Origin: Adineta vaga
Taxonomy: Eukaryota; Animalia; Rotifera
NCBI GenBank assembly: GCA_021613535.1
Contig: CP075492.1
Span: 5,208,001-5,272,000 of the forward strand
Direction: 5' to 3'
Length of the DNA: 64,000 bases
Both the position numbers and the translations under genes were made by a program. Below the pieces are notes generated by a model, which ran no database searches, was not told the origin of the DNA, and saw nothing but the letters and a program-made list of their open reading frames with translations. Shown piece by piece: positions 1 to 12,450 of this stretch (position 1 is its first letter; each line of letters opens with the position of its first letter).

Positions 1-279
1 AATCATATTACAGTCTGTCGAATTGTCGTACGAGAGACGTTTACGCGTAATATTGCTTCGATTCTTCTCGAAGATATCCGACTTGTACTACTTCGCTTAG
101 CTAATGAATATGGACATCAAGACTTAATTGATTCATTGCAAAAAGCACGTGATGATAAACATCAACATCGACGATCGAAACAACATCGGGAACAAGTAGC
201 ATTAAGTGCTGATACAAATAAAATGCAAGATAATAATCAAAAGAAGAAGGAATATCCTACTGTGCACATTCTCTGTTAG
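1..279 (+). CDS. C-terminal end of a plant/fungal/bacterial-type (GadB-like) glutamate decarboxylase; 5' part lies outside the window
   Basis: Frame 1 is open from base 1 to TAG at 277-279 and reads NHITVCRIVVRETFTRNIASILLEDIRLVLLRL...PTVHILC*. This resembles the plant GAD segment [25 protein letters not shown] and the terminal Cys-ending tail. Absent from the ORF track because it has no start codon in the window. Confidence 0.65.
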   Translation, partial: NHITVCRIVVRETFTRNIASILLEDIRLVLLRLANEYGHQDLIDSLQKARDDKHQHRRSKQHREQVALSADTNKMQDNNQKKKEYPTVHILC

Positions 280-422
280 AACTTATTATTATTTTATTCA
301 GTTGTAGTCATCAATTATGTATTATTCTGAAAAAAAAAATAAAAATAAAATTTCTTTCGATCTGTAGTCATAAATGTGTTAAATCTAATCGATTGAAGAT
401 GTACGATGATGTTGATGATTAT

Positions 423-3325
423 TTATATATGCGTATCTTCAGTAGTAGTTGTTGTTGAACTCTCGGGCAAAGTCTTGTCGCTACGCTGTAAACCAAATGA
501 TGAGCTACGTCGACCAACAGATTTCTTTTCTTCTGTTGGAACATGTGTGGAATTTACAAGTGGGGTAAAAGATATAGCTCGATCACGTATTTTATCATTT
601 GTTTCAGTGGAAGGCTTAATACTTGCTTCCAATTGATAAACACAATCAGCTTTTTCTAATTCTTGTGTCAAAAAGTCAATTTGTTTACCGCCAGGTTTGG
701 GTATTGATGGAGGTCGATCAGACTTTTGTTTCTTTTCCAAAAAATCTGCACGAACAGCTGCTAACCAATGTTTTCGACGAATACGTAAAATTTGCAAATT
801 TTCACAAACTCGCAGACCAAAATCGGGTACAAATGGTCGAACATGATGATCTTTAGCATGTAAAATACCTTCGACTTGATTACTTGAATCCTTTAAAAAG
901 AGACACATTAATTTCAAATGACACTAAAATGATCATCAATAATACTTACACAGAGTAATGCGCTTACACCAAAATAAGAAAATGGACCAACTATACTGAC
1001 AATTTTCTCTTTCCCAGTTACTAATTCGGCTTGTCCATTGAGAATCAGTACAAAATAATCAACTGGTTTTCCATATTCATAAATGTAAGTAGGATTATCC
1101 TTTTTATTTTTGTCTTCATCATAATCAAATTGTTGATAGAAATGTGTATTTAATAAACGAATAAGAATATCGGATGACATGAATCGTGAAGTAAATGGTT
1201 GAACAGCTTTAGAAAAAAGATTTCATTACCGATAGAGTATAGAATGATATACATTCGACTAACTTACTTATTGAAAGAAATTGAAAAATAGCAACTTTCA
1301 TTTGAGCTGATACATTCGTTGTATCATCTGTTGCATCCGGTTGACGCATGAATGCCGAAAAGTTAGGCGCTTGCGACAAAATATTTCGTACTCTACGACG
1401 ATTATCAGCTGTAATAGATTTCAATATTTCTTTATCAAATGATATCTGATAAGATTCAATAACTTACTAAAGACATCGGTTTCATCGACAATTTCTTCTT
1501 GAATCATTTCCTCAATAATATCTTCCAATGTCACAATACCAATTGCTCCTGGTTTTGGATCTTTTTCACTACTCGTATCAAGTTCAACAACAACACCCAT
1601 ATGATACTGTTCTAAAATATTTCATGATATTAACATAACACTGATCCTTACTGATATTACCTCGTTTAAGCGTACTAAATATATCATAACACGACTCATC
1701 GGGTAGAATCATTTTGGCATAACGACGATTGTAGAAAGTCATTACATTTCTTACTGTAAATTTCCCAAATTCGGTATCAAGTACAGCAAAATCACGAAAA
1801 TTTACTAAACCAATAATATTTTCACTAAAAAAAAACAGATCGATACACACTATTTTAATTAGAAAAATATATTTGTTCGATTTTTTACCGCTGTTTGTCA
1901 TACACTGGTATACGTGAATATCCATAACCATGTACAGTTAAAATTAGTTCATCATCAACAATTTGATCAGCTTCAAGCATGAAAACATCAATTAAATTGG
2001 TCATGATATCACGAATTTTCTTCGCTTTCAAACTCAACACGCCGGTCATAATTTTTCTCTCACTTTCTTCAATATCAGGCATGACTGTATGTTTCAATAA
2101 TACACTCATTTGATCACGTGTATAAGTTGCACCAACTTCTTCACCTAGAAATACAATTGAACATATTAAGAGTATAGTACTAATGAGTTTTTGTTTTGTT
2201 CTTACCAAGAATAAGATCAAGAAGTTTGCTGAGAGGGAACGCCACGGGAAATGTAAGAATCATAAAAAATTGAGTAAGAATGATTGTTTTTGCACCAACT
2301 TTAAGACCATGTCGTGAACAAATAGCTTGTGGAATGATTTCACCAAAGATAACAATAGCTAACGTAGCACCGGCAACAGCTAAGATGCCATGAATCAATG
2401 TATCGAGAAGAATTGTTGTAATTGAATTTACCAGAACATTACCCAAAAGAATCGTACAAAGTAAGAAATTGCCTCGTTTACGTACCGGATAAATCTTTTT
2501 CGCGTATACTCGATCTGTAGGCGTTCCTGCTTCTTGAATGACAATGAGATCGTGTGGTGTCAAGGACATTAGACCTAGATTGAGACCAGAGAAAAGACTC
2601 GATAGACAGAGAAGAAGTATCAACAAAAGAATTGTTGCCCAAACAGGTATTGCAAGTCGAGTAATATTCAATTTTAAAGTCGGTCTAGATTCGTAGATAC
2701 AATTTATTTGAAATCGAATTAACAAAAGACAAAGAAAGAACTTACCGATCGCCTTGATGTGATGGTTGTGTCACATCACGTGATTGTAAACAAATATATA
2801 GTGTTGAACTATAATAAGGTAGATTAATCGTCAAGAAAACTTGTTCAATGATGGTTTGATCGGAATTCGAACTGCTCGTTGTCAGTATATACGAATGATT
2901 TTTTCGTTCGAATGAACATGATTCACTATCAATTGTAAACGATAGAATACTTCCATTCAGATTTTTACCTAAACAACATTTAAAGAATATTCTGAAGACT
3001 ACTCTTCAACATACCATATATAACAAATTGTACATTAGTATCATGGGATATTTGCCATTCTTGCTTAGCATTCTCATTGAATACATAAGATTTTGTATTT
3101 GATGGAAACATGGCAATAATAAAACTATCATTGGCAGTTATTTTCGATAATAAGTTTCTAGATGTTGATTCTGATGACTAAGATATGAACAAAGTATGAT
3201 TATTTTAGAAAATAACATGAGTAAATTACCTGGAATAATGATAGGATATGGAAATGAGGATACAGCACTCGACAGATTACAATATCCAATAGGATAAATT
3301 GGAAAAGACAACGTAAGATAGACAT
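423..3325 (-). CDS. CNNM: CNNM/CorC-family metal (Mg2+) transporter, multi-exon
   Basis: DUF21 domain ([46 protein letters not shown]), CBS pair ([19 protein letters not shown]), CNBH-like domain ([10 protein letters not shown]), and a signal-like first exon [13 protein letters not shown] with ATG at 3325. Short GT-AG introns separate the ORF pieces. Confidence 0.92.
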
Positions 3326-4544
3326 TGAAAAGAGTGTAGATTTTATGTCTAAATAAAAATGCACAGTATTTTTAGCTGTTTCTAGTCGATATATAGATCT
3401 TTTTTTTCCCTTCTGATCTATCAAACATGGTTTGATAAGAAAAAAAAACAAGTGAATATGGCATGTTTGGAAATTAGATTTTTGATAAAAGAAAAAACAT
3501 TTATTATTTTATTACACCAGATACTGTCAAAGAGAAGAGATTCATTCATGAAGATTGAATATTTCAAGATAAATTAAACATCACACAAGAGAAGATCATT
3601 AAAGTCAATTGAGAATTCTTTGTAATATAAAAACAGCAAGAATTTAATTCTATAAAAATATACTTCCAGAAACGAATAAATATATACTTAAAATGTATTT
3701 GATTGCATCTTGAGTTTTTATAACGTTGTTAAGTATTTACAACGATTGTAAAGATCTTTCATATACGAACACAGTATAGTTATCATTTGCCTAGAATATT
3801 TACTTTTATTGCTCGTATTGAATGATCTACAAAAGAATAGTGATTTCGTATCATCATGCGTCCATTTCAACTTTGAGTGCAAATTAATTATATGTGCATT
3901 GATGGATTAAAGTTGTAGTAGTTAAGAAGGACAATGCAAATTTCAGTCAATTTTAATTTCTATATAGGCTAAGATTAAAAAACCGATAATAAAATGTATT
4001 TGTGAGAGGATATGGATCTTGAGGGTACATGCAAGTAAGTAGCTACGATGTTGCAGTTAAAGAAAGATATCGTCACCCACACTCTCAAGATTCATGATAA
4101 AATTCAAACATGCAGTCGGAAGGGAATCGATAACGTTTGGTTCGTTAGTGTGAAATATTCGGAACAGTTTCCTGATTGGATGAAGATGTTGTTACACTTT
4201 GAAGTATAAAAATTAGTTGTTTTTGTTTCACTTTTTTGGCTTTTTTATCGTGATGACTGGAAAACATAATTGCAGAGTTTACTTGCGATTCGGTCTAAGC
4301 CTTTCGAAATTCAAAAGAGTCCGTGAATATAAATTTCCACTGTGCAAACAAAAGAAAATAGTTCTTAGATTTAATCATTTTAAATACTAAAAGATATTAC
4401 TAAAGACTAGTCGAATCTAATATGTGTGCTCGTTTGATTAGAGCACGATAGTATATATATATCTGCTTTACCTACACCGTTGCGAATTTGTAAACCATAT
4501 TTCTAATATTTGACTTTAGTTGTTTAGATTAATTCTAATAATCA

Positions 4545-4796
4545 TTAAATGATAGCCGAATTTGATTCAATATGCAACTTTTCACATATTTCTGCCCATA
4601 AATATTTCATATCTGCTGCTGGACATGAAGTCTTGGTTTTATTACATTCATTTTTAATGTGATCATCATAATCGGCTCTTTGTAATTCTTTCATACTGCA
4701 AAGGGGACATTTGATACGAGATCTATTCAATATATTACTTAAAGTATGATTTGTTAAGCCTTGATAGCGATATGTAGGACACGTTAAACTCGGCAA
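4545..4796 (-). pseudogene. TRAF-type zinc-finger fragment
   Basis: CPLC...DDHIKNEC...SCPAADMKYLW resembles RING/TRAF zinc-finger proteins. It is truncated, with no clear flanking exons. Confidence 0.45.
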
Positions 4797-5414
4797 ATAG
4801 AAATATTACATGAGATGATAATGGAAGAAAACGAAATAAATAACTAGTTCTTTTTTTCTCTTCAATATGATAAATATAATTCTGAGTATAGAATAGCAAT
4901 GTATTATAAAAGTTATTGTAACATTTACAATTTCCGAATTATTTTTGTACGGAAGTAAATCTATTAGAGCATAATATCAAATTGAATTTCGTATACAAAA
5001 TCGAAAAGTGATTTGATAATAAGCTTTAAAACTTCATAGAACTTTGTATTTCTTGAAAATGTTCTCCTTGGATTAGACAATTACGTGTAGACTTAAAATA
5101 GACATTTCAAGAATAAGTTTTTTCTTTTCTCTTAAACGCAATTGTTGTACGTGCAAGAATTCAAACAGTCATTCATTTTTGTATATCTTATGACGTTTTT
5201 TGAATAATAGTCTTTTTTTTATATCGTACACATCGTTACTATACTCTATCTAAAAAGAATCTGAGTATTGTACATTTATTATAGACAGAAAGAAAAAAGA
5301 ATAACCGTCAATACTCGCACTGGATAAATACAATGTGTAATCGTTGATTCGTGTTTACAATATTAAAAAAGACTAAACTTAAGCAAGCGAACAAGTTGCC
5401 ACTACATTTCATAT

Positions 5415-5619
5415 ATACCATCGGATCAAAGAGCAGCAAAAGCCGCCGCTGAAAAGGCATTTCGAGACAATCAGGCTAATCAATGTAATGCAAATCATCC
5501 CGACGTTCGTGGTCATCAATCAGGCCATCAAGGTCAAACATACAAAGAATAATTTAGATCTCCATGCTCGGCAATTAAATCCTAATAATAAATTATACAG
5601 ACCACCGAAAAATAAATGA
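5415..5619 (+). pseudogene. Small hydrophilic Asn/Gln-rich protein with two N(H/Q)A(N/R)QxNxN repeats; start codon ATA and one frameshift
   Basis: Reads (I)PSDQRAAKAAAEKAFRDNQANQCNANHPDVRGHQSGHQGQT, then after a +1 shift near 5541, TKNNLDLHARQLNPNNKLYRPPKNK*. Confidence 0.55.
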
Positions 5620-6074
5620 ACATAGTACAACACAACATTTTATTGTACATGATTTCTTGTTTTTTTTTCTCTTTCATTGTAAAGGTGTGAATGGGAGTAT
5701 GAAACAGTTGAATCAGCTTTGAATAAACATTCTAATTGATTTTAAAAGTATCTTTAACAATAGAAAAAATGTTCCTGAAAGCAATTATTCTGTAGTTAGA
5801 ATCTGTCAAAGACATCTGAAATGAAGTTTTCTTATCATAAGAAAGACTCACAACTTCTTTATAATATTTAGAGTGTTAACATTCAACAACAAAAAACAGG
5901 TTTTATCTGTTGATCTGTATGAATGTCGCTTATTTGACTATTTAGTTACATTCATTTACATCTCGAATTAGCTTGACTCATGAAAACCAGTTAAATTTTG
6001 ACTTAGAGTCAGAGATAGAAAATTGTCTAGACTAAAAGTTGTTTTATCTTCATTGTTCGCGGATCAAATTTACA

Positions 6075-6290
6075 CGTAACGAAAACAATATCATTCGTAT
6101 TGCGGATGGAAATAGAAAAGGAAAAAGAGTAGGTAAACAAACATGGATTTTTTATGTTTTTGAATGGAAGAAGGAAATCTTAATGCTGGTGATGCAGAAA
6201 ATTATCAAATATTTCTTTCAATGAGGAGACAGATGGAAGTGAATATGGATCTCTCTGCTTTGCCGACATCCTCAAGAAGTAAATATTCTT
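6075..6290 (+). pseudogene. Decayed NHL-repeat fragment
   Basis: IIRIADGNRKG resembles VAGGNGxG, and the shifted frame AGDAENYQI resembles YVxDxxNHRI. Confidence 0.4.
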
Positions 6291-6613
6291 TTATGAAAAT
6301 TTGATTTATTGAATATACAAGAAATATTGGACGATTACGAAGGTTACCGTTTTACTTACATAACGTACTTTTTTCTTACTTATAACTATGCTTGCACACT
6401 TATAGTGCATGGCACATTAAAAATATTTTAAAAAGTACTGTTGGCCATAGGACGGAGAAGAGAACAAGAAAAATGTGGTCTTAATGACATCATCAATAAG
6501 TTTATATATATATATCAGTGAGAGAATGAAGAAAAACACAAACAGAACAAAACGTCTTCAAGGTAACACGTGTAGAGCGACAGTAAGAAAAGTTTATTTA
6601 TCAAACAAAATCG

Positions 6614-7501
6614 ATGTCTTATGTTGTAACTTGTGCAACTGGTAAGGTTGGTACTTCGCTGGTCGATTATCTTCGCAAACATTCGGTTCCCATTCATGTT
6701 ATTATTCGTTCCGAAGAAAAAGCTGAGTCTTTTCGATCACGTAATATACAAGTAACCGTAGCTGAGTTAACCAATGCAGATGCTTTGACTAAAGCATTTC
6801 GAGGTGCAAAATCCGTTTTCGCAATGAATCCAACTGCTAATGATGCTCCAGATCTACAAGTTGTTGCAGCTAATGTGGCAGATACATTCGCTTCAGCTAT
6901 CAAAGCAGCAAAAGTCGAACGTGTCGTTGTCTTGAGTTCCATTGGTTCGGAACGAAGTTCAAAAACAGGAAATATTCGAACAACATATACACTAGAACAA
7001 GCATTAAAAGAAACTGCTCCGCAAGTAGTAATGGTTCGATGTGCATCATTCACGGAAAATTGGTTAGATGCCGTCTCTGCGGTCAAAGCTGGTTATTCGC
7101 CAGTGCTTTGTTCGATGTATCAAAGATTAGATCGAAAAGTTCCTCATATTGCTACTAGTGATATTGGTCGTGTCGTTGGTGAATACATGATCAAACCCAC
7201 AAACGAAGTAGATAACTTAGTCATTATTGAATTAGAAGGACCTGAACCTTATAGTCCAAACGATATCGCTAAGATAGTCAGTGAAGCTTTGGGAATATCG
7301 GTGCCAGCAGCAGCAATGACAGATGAGATGATACGCGATCTTTTAGGTAAATTTGGATGGCCGAAAACAACTGCCGATAACTTCATTGAAATGAGGCAAG
7401 GATTCGATAATGATATTATTTGTTGGACAAATGATGAAAAAGCTATTCGGATCAAAGGCGTAGTTACTGCTAATGAAGTTTTAGAAAAAGTATTGAACTA
7501 A
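6614..7501 (+). CDS. NmrA-like NAD(P)-binding atypical SDR, intronless
   Basis: Rossmann start YVVTCATGKVG, VVVLSSIGS, RCASFTENW, IATSDIG and ELEGPEPYSPNDIA, all typical of bacterial NmrA family proteins. Confidence 0.88.
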   Translation: MSYVVTCATGKVGTSLVDYLRKHSVPIHVIIRSEEKAESFRSRNIQVTVAELTNADALTKAFRGAKSVFAMNPTANDAPDLQVVAANVADTFASAIKAAKVERVVVLSSIGSERSSKTGNIRTTYTLEQALKETAPQVVMVRCASFTENWLDAVSAVKAGYSPVLCSMYQRLDRKVPHIATSDIGRVVGEYMIKPTNEVDNLVIIELEGPEPYSPNDIAKIVSEALGISVPAAAMTDEMIRDLLGKFGWPKTTADNFIEMRQGFDNDIICWTNDEKAIRIKGVVTANEVLEKVLN

Positions 7502-7910
7502 TATCATAATTGAACTGTATTTTTATTTCATTAATATATAAAACAAATAAGAACTTGTATTCATCGAGTCCTCTACTTCGATTTGCGCATATAATGTTTA
7601 ATTATGAAATGAAGAAAGAAAAAAATGTCAGGATAGAATGTTAATGAATTTTCCATAAGGCACTTTGATTTCTATTGTTAATGAAGAATATGCGACATCT
7701 TTTATTAACGGAAGTTATAATTAGAATAGAGGGGAAAGAAAAGAAGAATATTTAAATGATTTCATTATTACATGATAAGAATTTGTTAATAAAAGATTAA
7801 TTAAAATATAATGCGCAGTTTTATTTCTTCACATTTTGACTCGCTTGTCAAGAATTGGTATATACATAATCCTTTTTATTTTCATACGTGTTACTGTGAT
7901 AAGAAAACAA

Positions 7911-9776
7911 ATGGTTCATTTCGAATTCTTACCAAGTGAACTTATACTTCATTCTTTTGAGTATTTAAATACTGTTGATCTATTACGTTCATTTTTTAAT
8001 CTTAATTCTCGTTTTAATCAACTTATATATCTTCATTTCGAAATCAATCAATTTAGTTTACAATCTATAACTCTTGAAAATTTTCATCTAATTTCTCGTA
8101 TCTATCTTCCATTGATTGTTAAACATGTTCCTTCTCTTCGTCTCTCAAGTGAAGAAACACCAAATGTCATTGAAATTCTTCTCTCTCAAGGTTTTACTCT
8201 CGACCGTTTTCTTCATTTACAATCACTTTCCTTACATCATATTAAATCTCTTGGTATCTTAGTTAAAATCACCTATCAGTGTCGACATTTACCTTATCTA
8301 AGTCATTTGAACATCATCGATGAGAAATATGGTGAAAAACAAGCACGTATTTTCACTTTATTCGATAATATATGGACTATTCCAAATCTCAAACATTGTA
8401 GTTTAAATGGAATACAAAAAAAACTAATCGTACCATTTCAAATCTCTTCAATTTCAACAACGATGAAAACTCTTTCTATTAAAAATGTTCATTATGGTGT
8501 GCAAGCTCTGTTTGATCTCTTGTTATGTACTCCAAATCTTGAACATCTTTGTACAACGCTTGGTTCATATTCATCTAATGAATTTTTGGAATTTCAAAAT
8601 CATCCAATTACATCATTAGACGTCTCTTTCGATATATTTTCTAGTTCGATGAAGAATATTTTTGAAAAACTATCGAATTTAACACATTTAAAAATCAAAC
8701 TAACGAATACATATTTAGATGGAAATGAATGGAAAGAAATTATTGAAACTAATCTACCAAAAATTAAAATCTTTCGTTTTAAAATGAGCTTTGAATTTGT
8801 ATCAAATGTCATACGAGAAGAACAAGTTGATCTATTACTTAATACATTTCGAAGTTCATTCTGGATCGAACAACATCAATGGTTTGTTCGATGTCGATGG
8901 AATCCATCGAATTCAATTAAATCTGTCATTATTTATACATTACCTTATACATTCGATTCATTTCATTATTCGAATGAATATTGTGAAAAATCGACTTATT
9001 TCGATGATACAGTCTATCGATCATATAATCATGTTCAATTGAATTATTATCATAAAATTGATACGATCGATTCATTTAATGATTTCAATTTATTTAACAT
9101 TCGTTTTCCTAATATACATTATCTTAGTGTAAATATTCCATTTGATAATATGTTTTTGTATTCAGGTCAAACATTCAATAATTTAAGATCACTTGTTGTT
9201 TTTCTTTCGATGGATACAGGTTATTATCAATTACAATTATTACTCGATCAAACGAAATATCTTTATTCATTGAAGATTATTTCAAATAATAAAGTACATC
9301 ATTCATTATTTCATTTAACAAATCAATCCATTCGTCGACTGGATTTGATGAAATGTTCAATGGATGGTCTCGATTATTTTGATGAAGAGGAATGTAAACA
9401 ATTAATTGATTCATCATTAGGAAAACAATGTGAAGTTTTGTTAATTCGTATCTTTAATCGAGAGACTATTTTGCATTTTATTCATAAAATGACAAATCTT
9501 CGATTGTTAATACTTGAATGGAAAAAAGATTCGAAAATATTGAAATATTTCAAGTGTCAAAATGATGAATTATTAGAATGGTTACGAAATCATCTATTAA
9601 CAACATGTTCAATTGTTCGAGATCAAAAAAGTCCATCACGTGTTCAAATTTGGATTAATCGACGAGAATTTCTTTCGAATAGTCATATTTTAGTTCTAAA
9701 AGATCGACGTAAATTTTTTCGTTCAATTAAATCAACATTTCCACGTTTATTTCGAAAATCATCTTTTTATCAATAG
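7911..9776 (+). CDS. F-box-like / LRR protein of an expanded family
   Basis: N-terminus FEFLPSELILHSFEYL...FFNLNSRFNQLI, with LDGNEWKEII, FRSSFWIEQHQWFV and IYTLPY motifs. ATG at 7911. Confidence 0.8.
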   Translation: MVHFEFLPSELILHSFEYLNTVDLLRSFFNLNSRFNQLIYLHFEINQFSLQSITLENFHLISRIYLPLIVKHVPSLRLSSEETPNVIEILLSQGFTLDRFLHLQSLSLHHIKSLGILVKITYQCRHLPYLSHLNIIDEKYGEKQARIFTLFDNIWTIPNLKHCSLNGIQKKLIVPFQISSISTTMKTLSIKNVHYGVQALFDLLLCTPNLEHLCTTLGSYSSNEFLEFQNHPITSLDVSFDIFSSSMKNIFEKLSNLTHLKIKLTNTYLDGNEWKEIIETNLPKIKIFRFKMSFEFVSNVIREEQVDLLLNTFRSSFWIEQHQWFVRCRWNPSNSIKSVIIYTLPYTFDSFHYSNEYCEKSTYFDDTVYRSYNHVQLNYYHKIDTIDSFNDFNLFNIRFPNIHYLSVNIPFDNMFLYSGQTFNNLRSLVVFLSMDTGYYQLQLLLDQTKYLYSLKIISNNKVHHSLFHLTNQSIRRLDLMKCSMDGLDYFDEEECKQLIDSSLGKQCEVLLIRIFNRETILHFIHKMTNLRLLILEWKKDSKILKYFKCQNDELLEWLRNHLLTTCSIVRDQKSPSRVQIWINRREFLSNSHILVLKDRRKFFRSIKSTFPRLFRKSSFYQ

Positions 9777-9849
9777 AATAAAACATTATAGAAACATTAA
9801 AATACTCTTAGTTTGATGTGATCTGTATGTATGAAATAATGAAAAAGTG

Positions 9850-10145
9850 TACTTGAATATCAGGCAATAATTTTACTTATCGGATAATACTTTGGTATAG
9901 AAATGCGTCAAATTTAGTGTTTTAATAGTTGGCACGGATGCTAACGACAATACAACTAATATACTATAGGCTTATTATGGTAGGATTGACTCGCGATCTC
10001 AATGAAAAACTCTTTATATTGTCGGCTAGAGCTAACTATCGAATCCAGCGATGTCACATGGTCTTTCGAACGTTATTTATTGTGTCCAAATGAAACCATT
10101 CTATACGTAAGCGATAATGACAACAACAGAGTGCAATGTTATTAA
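9850..10145 (+). pseudogene. Decayed NHL-repeat gene remnant
   Basis: Fragments RIILWYRNAS, ANYRIQR and PNETILYVSDNDNNRVQCY* are interrupted by stops and frameshifts. Confidence 0.55.
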
Positions 10146-10415
10146 CTCCTATGATTGAACTATAACATTAAAATTAAATGAAACATAAGAATATATTTCT
10201 TTTTCGATGTAATAAACTTGATGAAAATTAATTTTGAAACATAGGACTATAAGATATCGCATATGTCTTCGATGTCCTTTCTGTTTTTGCTACGTCATCA
10301 TGATGTATACACGTTTTTTTCTTTCGTTCTGTTCATGTACAGACATATATGCAACGTCATCTATATATATATATAAACGTATCTATATTCTTCGATTTAT
10401 TTTATTATACTTACA

Positions 10416-11480
10416 ATGTCTTCGACTAAAATCAACATTCTCTTAACTGGTGCAACGGGTTATATTGGTGGAAGTATCTTAACATCACTTCTTCAACATC
10501 CGAATGCATCCAATTTTCAAATAACTGCACTTATTCGTGGTGGTGATAATGAACGAATTAACAAATTAAAATCATTAAATGTAACACCATTGATTGGTTC
10601 GAATGAATCCTTTGAAATTATTGAAAAGGCAGCACGAGAATCCCATGTTGTTATACATACATCAAATTCAGCTGATGATCTTCCATCAACCAAAGCAATT
10701 ATTTCTGGTTTAAATAAACGTACAAATGAAACAGGAAAACCAGTTATATATATTCATACAAGTGGTACAGGTGTTCTTACGGAAGATGTTCGTGGAAAGA
10801 AAGGTTCAGATATAATTTATAATGATCTTAATCCTGATCAAATAAATGCTCTTCCCGATCAACAACCTCATCGTGATGTCGATCTTGTTATTATCAAATC
10901 AGCTGATGCAAATCCACTTTTGAAAAGTGTTATTGTTTTTCCTCCTCTTATCTATGGCATTGGTAGTGGCCCATTTAATCAAACAACAATTCAACTTCCA
11001 CTTCTTATTCGTGCTGCTTTAAAACGACACAAAGCTGAAATGATTGGACCAGGTGAAGCAACATGGAACAATGTTCATATTGCTGATTTAGCTGATGCTT
11101 TTATTCTTCTATTCGATCAACTTGTTGCTGCTTATGGTCCAGATGCAAAATCTAATGTACAGCCAAGTTCATATTTAACGACAGGACGAGAAGGTTATTA
11201 TTTTGCTGAAAATGGTAGACACACATGGAGACAACTTTCAGAAAAAATTGCTGAAGTTCTACTTAAAAAAGGTGTGACCAAATCAGCTGAAGTAACAAGT
11301 TTTCCAGACGATGAAGTAGAAGATAATCTTTGGGGTAAAGAAAGTTGGTATGCTGTTGGTAGTCAGTCAAATTCAAAAGCCGATCGCCTGAGAAAACTCG
11401 GATGGAAACCTCATCAACGAAGTCTTTTCGATAGTGTCGAAGAACAAGTTGATGCTTTAATCAACGAAAAGAAACATTAA
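10416..11480 (+). CDS. NAD-dependent epimerase/dehydratase-like SDR, fungal-type, intronless
   Basis: ILLTGATGYIGGSIL, YIHTSGTGVL, HRDVD, PPLIYGIGSG, WNNVHIADLAD, GYYFAENG and RKLGWKP motifs. Confidence 0.88.
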   Translation: MSSTKINILLTGATGYIGGSILTSLLQHPNASNFQITALIRGGDNERINKLKSLNVTPLIGSNESFEIIEKAARESHVVIHTSNSADDLPSTKAIISGLNKRTNETGKPVIYIHTSGTGVLTEDVRGKKGSDIIYNDLNPDQINALPDQQPHRDVDLVIIKSADANPLLKSVIVFPPLIYGIGSGPFNQTTIQLPLLIRAALKRHKAEMIGPGEATWNNVHIADLADAFILLFDQLVAAYGPDAKSNVQPSSYLTTGREGYYFAENGRHTWRQLSEKIAEVLLKKGVTKSAEVTSFPDDEVEDNLWGKESWYAVGSQSNSKADRLRKLGWKPHQRSLFDSVEEQVDALINEKKH

Positions 11481-12450
11481 TTTTCTGATTACCTTTTTTT
11501 AAATAAACATTTTAACATATGGTTAACTAATATAAGTGATTGAAATCGATTTTTTAAAGCTGTGAAGTTATTTTAGCAGAAAGATAATGCAATCAGTAAT
11601 ATACGCAGATTATGCGCACTGTATCAATTTCACTAACACATTTGTGATTATTACTTATATATTCAAAAAGAATTTCTCCACTTATTATATCAATTCTCTT
11701 CTTTGATGTTTTTCTTTTGAGAAAAAAACAGCAGATAATTTTGTCATTTCAAAATATATCCTAACATGAGATAGACAGAATATATACTAAAAACGATTAT
11801 TAATTTTCATGACATATTTATCTCGTTTTATTTCACTACTGTGCGTAGTGAAACATAGTCCGATCCAATTGAGCATCAATGTACTTAAAATAGGGATCAG
11901 ATCGTTTTGTTCCTCTTTCGTCCACTACTCCACATATCCCAATTGCCTATGCGACTTGGTGGACATGTTGATGTATCGAAGATTTTACAAGAACTGAAGT
12001 TGAAGACAAACACACTCGACTATCTGTGTTTAGTAAAGTATATTCCTCCAAACAATGTGCTACACCGGAATGTGATGTCCCTATCTCATACAGTCTAGAG
12101 CATATACAAGAGATAAATGAAATTTTAAAGCACACAGAGGTCATGTTTTATTTGACTTCACCCATTATCGATGAACAGCGATGAGTTACATACAATAGTC
12201 CAACAAGTTTTGCGATTAACTACGTATTTGTGGCATATCCATCTTCCCAAAAATACCTGGATATTATCCATTTATGTCAATTATTACAGCATGTGAAAAG
12301 ATGGCTGATGATATTATCAAAGATGTTCGATCTTACAGTTTGAACGAATACTACTATAAACATAGTTTACTCTTATTTTTAAAATCATAATTTGAATTTT
12401 TATTAAATAAAAATGTAAATATCAAGACAATCATTGTGAGAAAGTATTTT

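Noticed and set aside
11809-12360. Coding-like fragments (QCATPEC, IPGYYPF)
   Set aside because: Multiple stops and no recognisable family; possibly a decayed gene.
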